A stretch of DNA of 64,000 nucleotides. Source: a virus. The notes beneath the pieces were generated by a model, which ran no database searches, had not been told where the DNA came from, and saw nothing but the letters and a program-made list of their open reading frames with translations. The stretch is taken from positions 5,418 through 69,417 of IMG/VR virus record IMGVR_UViG_2718218475_000005; one strand, 5' to 3'. Of this stretch, positions 47,195-53,924 are shown piece after piece (within the stretch, counting starts at the first letter, position 1; each line of letters begins with the position of its first letter). The position numbers and the translations under genes are program-made.

Positions 47195-48508
47195 TTAAAT
47201 ACCAAAGTTTCTAAGCGTATTAGCTTGAACAGAATGATTATTAGTTTGGTTTATCCGCGTCATTCTCATCTGTGAAGCAACTGCATACCGCATAGCATCC
47301 ATAACATCATCATTCTGCTTCACAGGTTCGCCAGTCTTCTCGTCCCAAACATATTGATAAACTTCATCTAAGAAATAATGATAACCATCTTGACCGGTAC
47401 TAAACTGACGATTATCAATTGCCTCTTTGGCAACAAAAAAGTGGCTAGCTTTCATCAAACTTGCCACATTCTCTACGCCGGTCAACCGACTTTTATACCC
47501 ATTAATTGCATTGATTCCATGTTCGCTAAATGCTGCAACATGTTCTGGCCGGGCACTATCACAGTAAAATGGAATCCGTTGCCCGTACCATTCCTGAATA
47601 TTTGATGCTATATTCAACCAATAGTCAATTTCACGGAACTGCTGCGTATGCTCCTCAAGTAAATACCAAGTATCATCTTCACTAATGCCAAACACTACAA
47701 TGGAACCCTTATGTTCATATCCCCAATCGACGCCAACAACGTAGCTCAGTCCGCTCGGGATCATATCATTTGAAACAACCATCTTACGCTCGTCAAAATC
47801 ACGATACACGGCACCTTCACCACTAACCCACAGCCCTAATATTGACCGATCGTAAAACATGCCGCTAGGCGTTGTTTCCTTTTTCGTCTGGATATAATCA
47901 TCATCTAAAAAAGTATTATCAGTTAGTACAAAATGATTGCTGATAATACTCTTAGAATGGCCGGGATTATCAATATAATTTCGTTTAAGCCAATGTGTTG
48001 GAATATCAGGGTTAGTATCACAAATAATGCGCTTAGAGCCCTTAGAACAGCGATCACGGATTTCATTAAACACTTCTTCATTGGCAAGACTGGCTTCGTT
48101 AATATATGCTCCCCATGCCGTCATACCACGAATAGCCCCAAGGCCACTAATTGAACCGGTATACGCCTGAACGACCGTGACACCATATAAATTAAAGTTG
48201 CCATAACGGTCAAACTTAAAATCAATGCCGAAATCATTGGCTAATGGATTCAGCACATTATTCCAGATTGTTTTACTAGATACCCCAGCAAGAATATAAA
48301 GAGGATTATCATAACCTTGTTGGCTTGCTAATTTAGCAGTCTGTTTCAATTCATAAAGGAACAGGTAGTTATCAACGATTGTCTTACCAGATCGAACAGC
48401 TCCATAATTAACCATTAATTTCCATTCAGAGTTAAAAAGCCCTTGACGTAGCACTGTCTGCTGTTTGCCAGTTAATATTTGGTTTAGTATGTTTTGCTTT
48501 TTATTCAT
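47195..48508 (-). CDS. terL: Terminase large subunit B (PBSX-type)
   Basis: GAVRSGKT, DTNPD, DWGY, DDVMDAMRYA. Confidence 0.95.
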   Translation of the reverse strand: MNKKQNILNQILTGKQQTVLRQGLFNSEWKLMVNYGAVRSGKTIVDNYLFLYELKQTAKLASQQGYDNPLYILAGVSSKTIWNNVLNPLANDFGIDFKFDRYGNFNLYGVTVVQAYTGSISGLGAIRGMTAWGAYINEASLANEEVFNEIRDRCSKGSKRIICDTNPDIPTHWLKRNYIDNPGHSKSIISNHFVLTDNTFLDDDYIQTKKETTPSGMFYDRSILGLWVSGEGAVYRDFDERKMVVSNDMIPSGLSYVVGVDWGYEHKGSIVVFGISEDDTWYLLEEHTQQFREIDYWLNIASNIQEWYGQRIPFYCDSARPEHVAAFSEHGINAINGYKSRLTGVENVASLMKASHFFVAKEAIDNRQFSTGQDGYHYFLDEVYQYVWDEKTGEPVKQNDDVMDAMRYAVASQMRMTRINQTNNHSVQANTLRNFGI

Positions 48509-49016
48509 CCTTAAGTATCGCCTTCAATCCTTCCAAATACTCATCAGTCTTAACTTGTCGATTATCCTTACCACCTCGTAACAATTTAGCCTTAGCCTCT
48601 GCAATATCTGCATCAGCTTTGAACTTTCGAATCTGTTGTTCAACAAGCTTATCGTTGCCCGGATAACGCTTTAGTATTTCCTTAGCAACAGCCGTTTTGT
48701 CCTTGGTAGTTGGTGGACGTTCAATAGATTCAGCACCGTCAGCAGTACCCACCACTACAGTTTCTAGCTCTTCACCACGAAGCACTCTAGTGTAAAATTC
48801 CATAACCTCTTTGGCGTCTGCAATCTTGCTAGATTCTATCTCGACCATCTGTTCATCGATGTATTTTTTGATGTCAGGTTTTGTCAGGTTTTCTTGTCCA
48901 ACTGAGCGGGCTGAGCGCTTACTATACCCCGCTTTACGAGCCGCATCAGCAGCATTACCAGACTTGATATACTCGTCGGCGAATCTCTGCTGTTTGGGCG
49001 TTAACTTTCGTGTCAT
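48501..49016 (-). CDS. terS: Terminase small subunit B
   Basis: LTPKQQRFADEYIKSGNA..AAR.AGYS; start at ATG 49016. Confidence 0.93.
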   Translation of the reverse strand: MTRKLTPKQQRFADEYIKSGNAADAARKAGYSKRSARSVGQENLTKPDIKKYIDEQMVEIESSKIADAKEVMEFYTRVLRGEELETVVVGTADGAESIERPPTTKDKTAVAKEILKRYPGNDKLVEQQIRKFKADADIAEAKAKLLRGGKDNRQVKTDEYLEGLKAILKDE

Positions 49017-49055
49017 TACATACCACCACACCTCCATTTATTGGAATTAATTAGT

Positions 49056-49319
49056 CTAAATTTTGTAGCATCGATTCTCAAACTTTTTGTAGGCATCTAG
49101 GTAGATTTCACCCTTATCACCGTTATAAGTAAGCTCGTAGTACATACCATCACTTAACGTCGTGCTGAGTAACGCTTTGCTATTCTGTAATGCTTTCGCT
49201 TGCCAAACAATAAAGACATCATCGACAGTGATCTGTTTTCTATCGGTTACATCTAAATGTTCATTAGCGTAGTCCAGCACTAAGGCTTTGCATTTACTTG
49301 TAAATTCAACATCGTTCAT
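49056..49319 (-). CDS. DUF6275-like hypothetical protein
   Basis: VFIVWQAKALQNSKALLST...DGMYYELTYNGDK.EIYLDAYKK. Confidence 0.75.
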   Translation of the reverse strand: MNDVEFTSKCKALVLDYANEHLDVTDRKQITVDDVFIVWQAKALQNSKALLSTTLSDGMYYELTYNGDKGEIYLDAYKKFENRCYKI

Positions 49320-49467
49320 TCTTAATTACCACCTTTTTATTTTTATCCAAACGAAAAGCGCCATGCTGTTTAGCACGACGCTTCTTATGCTCCGGCCAAT
49401 TACGCAAGTCATAGTTTATCTTGCGGTCAATCGACCACTCTAAGCCTTCTGGAGTTCGCTTAATCAT
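49306..49467 (-). CDS. Small pre-terS protein (53 aa, MIKRTPEGLEW...KKRRAKQHGAFRLDKN...)
   Basis: AGGAGT RBS; shares block with 24345-24524. Confidence 0.6.
   Translation of the reverse strand: MIKRTPEGLEWSIDRKINYDLRNWPEHKKRRAKQHGAFRLDKNKKVVIKNERC
49337..49388. repeat. 52-bp direct repeat, copy 2
   Basis: Identical to 24388-24439. Confidence 0.95.
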
Positions 49468-49494
49468 TTCAATCACTCCTAAATTTATGCATCA

Positions 49495-49516
49495 AAAAAA
49501 CGCCCCGAAGGACGTT
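49495..49516 (-). terminator. Intrinsic terminator
   Basis: aacgtcc-ttcg-gggcgtt then T-run. Confidence 0.75.
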
Positions 49517-49718
49517 ACTGCATTTCCAACGCAACTAGCTCACTTGCCTTAATGGTCAAGTTCCAATCATTTATGTTAATTGTAATGTATCGCCTAAATG
49601 GACTGCAGTGTTCAATAACTTCATTTTTAACTGCCATCATTGTTGCCTTAGTGTCAGAATCGTCAGCGTAAATAGGCGACTTGATAGTTTGATTTTTTAA
49701 ATAGACAACTAATTGCAT
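49515..49718 (-). CDS. Hypothetical protein (moron slot)
   Basis: 67 aa, AGGAG RBS, own terminator. Confidence 0.7.
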   Translation of the reverse strand: MQLVVYLKNQTIKSPIYADDSDTKATMMAVKNEVIEHCSPFRRYITININDWNLTIKASELVALEMQ

Positions 49719-49744
49719 GCTAACATCTCCTAATCGTATGTATC

Positions 49745-49772
49745 AAAAACCCCCGCCAATAAGCGAGAACTA
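49745..49772 (-). terminator. Terminator at end of tRNA/ncRNA array
   Basis: ttctcgc-ttattg-gcggggg then TTTTTG. Confidence 0.65.
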
Positions 49773-49812
49773 GTTTGAAGATTGTCCGTTTTGGAGCCGC
49801 GGACGTGTTTAA

Positions 49813-49959
49813 TGTGTTTGGTAGGGATTTGCACCCTACATGTTGGATATATTCAGCATCTTTACCAATTACTTACAAGTGTCGCGACGCCCTTGTAAAA
49901 CCAACAGTCACACCCTGAAACAGGGCCGCCACAGCGTCTACCTATTCCGCCACAAGCAC
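49813..49959 (-). ncRNA. tRNA-Leu-like RNA with ~90-nt structured insert replacing anticodon/variable arms
   Basis: Acceptor gtgcttg/caaacac, D arm TGGCGGAATAGGTAGACGC, T arm gtaggg-tgcaaat-ccctac; no 7-nt anticodon loop. Confidence 0.6.
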
Positions 49960-50003
49960 ACGTTATACGAATGGTCTATCGTGGACGCTAACATTGTATA
50001 ACT

Positions 50004-50065
50004 ATATCGCCGGTAGGCCTCGAACCTACATCCCATTGTGGCTTGCCAATTAGCCCACAGCGATA
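50004..50065 (-). ncRNA. tRNA-like RNA lacking an anticodon arm
   Basis: Acceptor tatcgct/ggcgata, D arm ggc-taattggcaa-gcc, T arm gtagg-ttcgagg-cctac; only ~10 nt between D and T arms. Confidence 0.65.
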
Positions 50066-50150
50066 CTCGCATTTAACGGCCGACATTAAACACGAAGACT
50101 AATGCCGGCGGCAGAGAGGAGCGCATCACCCCTTATAAATCCGCCGGCTA

Positions 50151-50222
50151 CACAGATAGCTGGATTTGAACCAACATAGACGGTTTTGGAGACCGCCATC
50201 TTGCCAATTAGATCATATCTGC
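50151..50222 (-). tRNA. tRNA-Trp(CCA)
   Basis: gcggt-ctCCAaa-accgt anticodon arm, ttcaaat T loop, gcagata/tatctgt acceptor; no encoded CCA end. Confidence 0.92.
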
Positions 50223-50291
50223 TTAATAGACGGGCCATCATATCAACTTAATCAAGGAGGCAACACAAACTGTACATCTGTGCCCGTCTAA

Positions 50292-50364
50292 CGTAGCCTG
50301 CTGGGCTCGAACCAACGACAACCTGATTAACAGTCAGGTGCTCTACCAACTGAGCTAAAGCTAC
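50292..50364 (-). tRNA. tRNA-Asn(GTT)
   Basis: cctga-ctGTTaa-tcagg, agctcagttggtagagc D arm, ttcgagc T loop. Confidence 0.95.
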
Positions 50365-50557
50365 AACTAGTAAGTGGACTTGTTGTTTCCTCGTTGGCCG
50401 ACTAGAAATTAACAATTGCGCATTTGCGACTTGTCCGCCCACTTACTAATTTGAACAATGTTCCCCGTACCAATCGTAGGAACTCTGGCACCTTCGATTA
50501 GGTAAGATGCACGTCTTCTGCCTGCAGAGCTGTTCAGTACCCTGCAGTACACGGTTA

Positions 50558-50640
50558 TGGCGGTGGTAGGAATCGAACCTACTCACCCAATGGGATCGGT
50601 TTTACAGACCGACACAGCTCTCCATCTCTGACGCACCGCC
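50558..50640 (-). tRNA. tRNA-Tyr(GTA)
   Basis: gtcggt-ctGTAaa-accgat, long variable arm cccattggg, gtagg-ttcgatt-cctac. Confidence 0.88.
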
Positions 50641-50680
50641 GTGATGATAGGCTAACAAGCTGGGGTGGCTTACCTATCTA

Positions 50681-50768
50681 TCGATAATACTAATTTACTC
50701 CCCTTTTTGACTAATTTACCGGAATCAACACGGAAACTTGTCGGAATTTACTCGGAATTTTGTCGGAG
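50681..50768 (-). promoter_or_regulatory. Late promoter B: five TTCCG boxes at exact 11-bp period + -10-like TAAATT
   Basis: CGGA(+) at 50720, 50731, 50742, 50753, 50764, directly after the arpU stop. Confidence 0.75.
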
Positions 50769-50773
50769 TAAAT

Positions 50774-51250
50774 TCAGTCTTCGTCGTAGTGAGCAATAAT
50801 CTCTGGCTCATACTTTTTAACGATCAGGTCTTCCACACCATCCGGATATATCTCAGCGAACATTAACTGAGCTTGTTTCAAATACTTATTAAACGTTTTG
50901 TCGGAGATATTCAGGCTAATCATGCACTTAGTTTTCGAATACCGTTTAACATAGAGCAACATTAATAGCTCTGAATATTTTTCTGTTTCTTCATCAATCG
51001 TGATAGCTTCAATGACCTTGACAACTAAATTAGCCATAAAATCATCATTAGCTTTACTAACTTGCTTGTCTTCAATACGGTTGCCATAGCTAGGACTTTT
51101 AGGCATTCCGTCCATTACTGGGCTTTGCAGGTTGAAATTAACCCTGCGAGCTCGTAGCCGCCATTTCCAATAGCCCTTTAGCACCCGTTCCGCATTAGCA
51201 ATTGTTCGTTCTTCATCCACGTCCTTAAAAATGCTCTCCATCACTGCCAC
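50774..51250 (-). CDS. arpU: ArpU-family late transcriptional activator
   Basis: LQSPVMDGMPKS, Y...LLMLLY...LNIS.KTF...L..A...FAE. Confidence 0.9.
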   Translation of the reverse strand: MAVMESIFKDVDEERTIANAERVLKGYWKWRLRARRVNFNLQSPVMDGMPKSPSYGNRIEDKQVSKANDDFMANLVVKVIEAITIDEETEKYSELLMLLYVKRYSKTKCMISLNISDKTFNKYLKQAQLMFAEIYPDGVEDLIVKKYEPEIIAHYDED

Positions 51251-51322
51251 CCCTTGTTTTGACTGTGCTATAATTAATTTATTCGGAATTAGTTGTAGCG
51301 GCGTCAGTGATGGCGGCGCTTT

Positions 51323-51514
51323 TTAGTGTTTTTGTTTATAAATATCAATACTCATAGCAATCCCAATTGCTACAAAAACTAACGACAAAATAAAACTAAA
51401 AACTATCATTCCAATGTCTACTGGCTTGATATTAAAATCGCTCAGAACACTTAACCCACTTAATGCGCTTATGCCTGAACCGAAAAGCACTAGAATTACA
51501 GGAAAATAATCCAT
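51323..51514 (-). CDS. Small membrane protein
   Basis: 63 aa, two hydrophobic segments, AGGAGT RBS. Confidence 0.7.
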   Translation of the reverse strand: MDYFPVILVLFGSGISALSGLSVLSDFNIKPVDIGMIVFSFILSLVFVAIGIAMSIDIYKQKH

Positions 51515-51543
51515 TGTCGGTACTCCTGACTTAATTAGAAATT

Positions 51544-51852
51544 TTATTTAAGCTCAACTTGTTCAGTAGATTCGTAGTTCATGGTGTAAGTTTGAATCGT
51601 TTGATTAATGATCTTTAAATCTGCACCGTTAGCAATGCGCTTAAGATCAGGTAAGCACTTTTTAATTTCTCGTTGCCACGCATGATTCCAATCGCTTTGA
51701 GTGTCGATTACAAATTGAGCAGCGTTGTGAATGGTTGCCTTCGATTTGGCAATTCCGTTTTTTTGGAGCCATCTATCATAAGGGACGAACGTAGCCAATT
51801 GAAAAATCGCGTCCACAAGACCATCACCCGCATGTGCCGTTACAATACTCAT
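51544..51852 (-). CDS. Hypothetical protein
   Basis: 102 aa, AGGAGG RBS. Confidence 0.75.
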   Translation of the reverse strand: MSIVTAHAGDGLVDAIFQLATFVPYDRWLQKNGIAKSKATIHNAAQFVIDTQSDWNHAWQREIKKCLPDLKRIANGADLKIINQTIQTYTMNYESTEQVELK

Positions 51853-51864
51853 TAATAATTCCTC

Positions 51865-52050
51865 CTAAAGTTTCCGCCCACACATTGGGCAATAATAAAT
51901 TAATCGGACACTATCAGACCTTTGACTTCCAAAATTAGCAGTCAAGGAATTTCCGTACACCATTCTTAACTCAAACCACCCATCGTTAATAATTGGCGCT
52001 TTTTTTGAACAATATTTACAACCTTTGTGATGTCTAAAAATACCAATCAC
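51865..52050 (-). CDS. Small Zn-finger protein
   Basis: CKYC...YCPMCGRKL. Confidence 0.7.
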   Translation of the reverse strand: MIGIFRHHKGCKYCSKKAPIINDGWFELRMVYGNSLTANFGSQRSDSVRLIYYCPMCGRKL

Positions 52051-52079
52051 TTGATCACTCCCTGTATAAAATAAAAGCT

Positions 52080-52325
52080 TTATTCAACGAAGTTTTCGAT
52101 CCCCAAAACAACATACCCCGGTCGCTGCTTAAAATCGGTCATATACATTATTTGATAAACCATCATATTACCCGTATACACACCGAACTGTGGTACGAAT
52201 TCACGCAATATTAGCAAATCATCGACCTGATAGTCACGGTCATTTTTTCGAATTTCAAATCTTTTATGTCCATGTGCTACATCGTTGAAATAATTTGCAT
52301 ACAGCTTTAAAACATGAGCTTTCAC
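52080..52325 (-). CDS. DUF3850/ASCH-domain protein
   Basis: YFNDV..G.KRFEIRKNDRDYQVDDLLILREF. Confidence 0.88.
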   Translation of the reverse strand: MKAHVLKLYANYFNDVAHGHKRFEIRKNDRDYQVDDLLILREFVPQFGVYTGNMMVYQIMYMTDFKQRPGYVVLGIENFVE

Positions 52326-52397
52326 TTTTCTTCCTCCTGTTTACGTTTTCCGATAAAAGGTGTAGATGTGAATACTTTTCCTAGAAACACTTTAAAA

Positions 52398-52814
52398 TCA
52401 GCCTTTCAGTAGTTCCGGGTTCTCGTGCACATTGCCAACTGTCTGAATTTCATTGTTGAAATAGCACCCATCTACGCGAAATTCTTTGCTAGAAACATCA
52501 TTTGCAATCCATTTACCGTATATATAATTTCCTTTATTAACTTCAAAAGGCTTGCCACGTTTTAAACGAACATGAGAACTAACGGGTTGAACAATGTCGC
52601 CCTCATAAATTTCCTTATAGTTCACGTCTTTCAGGCCGGTAAACTGTTCAACATCGTACCGCTCATTATTTAAGAAATCTCCAAAACAACACTCGTCATA
52701 GTTAGCATCCTCACCATCAGCATATTTTACGAACCCGCTCAACATGTCATAAGCGTTTTGTACATCGTAAAGATAGGTTTCATTTTCATTGTCCCATGCC
52801 CTAAACTTAATCAT
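52398..52814 (-). CDS. YopX-family protein
   Basis: IKFRAWD...QFTGLKD..KEIYEGDI...VGNVHENPELL. Confidence 0.92.
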   Translation of the reverse strand: MIKFRAWDNENETYLYDVQNAYDMLSGFVKYADGEDANYDECCFGDFLNNERYDVEQFTGLKDVNYKEIYEGDIVQPVSSHVRLKRGKPFEVNKGNYIYGKWIANDVSSKEFRVDGCYFNNEIQTVGNVHENPELLKG

Positions 52815-52838
52815 CGTCGCTATCTCCAATCATCTGTT

Positions 52839-52988
52839 CTAGTCTAATAGTTTCAGTGCTATCACAACATATGCTGTAATACCGATAAAAACAATCCCAT
52901 GCCAGAATCCGTCTAAAAAGTTTCCGACGATCGTGACTAAAATAAATAAGGCTATCATGCCAAGTCCAATTTTATTTCTAATACTCAT
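52839..52988 (-). CDS. 49-aa two-TM protein
   Basis: MSIRNKIGLG...; GGGGAG RBS. Confidence 0.65.
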   Translation of the reverse strand: MSIRNKIGLGMIALFILVTIVGNFLDGFWHGIVFIGITAYVVIALKLLD

Positions 52989-53005
52989 TTTCAATTCTCC
53001 CCGAA

Positions 53006-53155
53006 CTAAATTTCCATGCCTAATCCAAATGCCATTATCACAATGAAAGCAATAACCCAACCATCAGGATTAGTTCCCACATGAGGTAAAATTATTACAG
53101 ATGCTATCCAGGCTACAGCAGATATTAAATAGCCAATTCTATTTTTAGTGTCCAT
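53006..53155 (-). CDS. 49-aa two-TM protein
   Basis: MDTKNRIGYL... read by hand; GGGGAGG RBS. Confidence 0.6.
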   Translation of the reverse strand: MDTKNRIGYLISAVAWIASVIILPHVGTNPDGWVIAFIVIMAFGLGMEI

Positions 53156-53228
53156 TTTTAATCCTCCCCGAACGCTTCGAACGCCCGCTTGCGTTCCTCG
53201 TTAGTTGGTTCCTTGACAATTATCATGA

Positions 53229-53825
53229 TTAATCCTCTGGAATTAAATCAACATAGTCGCCTTTAAACTTTGCATGAGAATAATCAATGCCATGCTTATC
53301 AAGATACTTTTTGATGTCTGGGATTGTGTCATAAGCATCCGGCTTCTCTGGATCATCTGACCGGGTAAACATCTTGGAAAAATCATCATCACTGTTTTCA
53401 GGGGCATGACTAATAAATTCTCGATTAGCTTTGTAGTAAAATCCATTTGCGTCTTTTTCTCCACGAGTACCTGTTGCATACGCAAGAAACAATCTGATTC
53501 CACATCCAGGGCAATTCCAACGGTTATAGCCGAACTTAACATGCGTTACTTTATCGTAACCACACTGTGGACACATAAATTCAGCCTTTACCATCTCGCC
53601 ATCTTTAGGCATGCTTGCCGGAATGGACTCAGGATCGGTATTAGTATCCTTAACTAGTCCATCTGAGTCTTCAGGAACGAACGTCTGTTTTTCTTCACGG
53701 CCGGTGCTCAATTCATCATCACGGCCAGTAGCCAGCTGATGTGACTTAAAAACTTCCTCAAAACTCAATTCACGAGTTGCTTCAACTATTACCGTCAAAT
53801 CATTATTTTCAATCTTTAATTTCAT
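53229..53825 (-). CDS. Hypothetical protein with Zn ribbon and C-terminal HeH/LEM-like motif
   Basis: CPQC...CPGC; TIPDIKKYLDKHGIDY. Confidence 0.7.
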   Translation of the reverse strand: MKLKIENNDLTVIVEATRELSFEEVFKSHQLATGRDDELSTGREEKQTFVPEDSDGLVKDTNTDPESIPASMPKDGEMVKAEFMCPQCGYDKVTHVKFGYNRWNCPGCGIRLFLAYATGTRGEKDANGFYYKANREFISHAPENSDDDFSKMFTRSDDPEKPDAYDTIPDIKKYLDKHGIDYSHAKFKGDYVDLIPED

Positions 53826-53924
53826 AATTACTTTCCGTCCTCTTTGGTTGACTTTTTATTTTCTTCTGCGTGTTGCTTCATGCGCCGGTGCTTCCGTTTA
53901 ATCGTTGAACGCTTCTTAGTGTGT

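Larger units (their letters stand above)
26289..49467 (-). mobile_element. Late module B (packaging, head, tail, baseplate, lysis)
   Basis: terS-terL-portal-MuF-scaffold-capsid-neck-tail-TMP-Dit-Tal-BppU-lysin-holins. Confidence 0.95.

Noticed and set aside
49813-49959. Group I intron in a tRNA-Leu
   Set aside because: Insert of ~90 nt is too short, no catalytic core is recognisable, and removing it does not restore an anticodon loop.
50104-50148. Second free anti-SD loop (CUCCUCU)
   Set aside because: It can pair internally with AGGGG in the same element, so it is probably not exposed.
50248-50442. ORF-track 64-aa CDS
   Set aside because: Overlaps tRNA-Asn completely; no RBS.
49773-50680. 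GOLLD or ROOL large ncRNA
   Set aside because: No uninterrupted stretch of several hundred nt; the longest spacer is ~190 nt. An Infernal search would be needed to exclude fragments.
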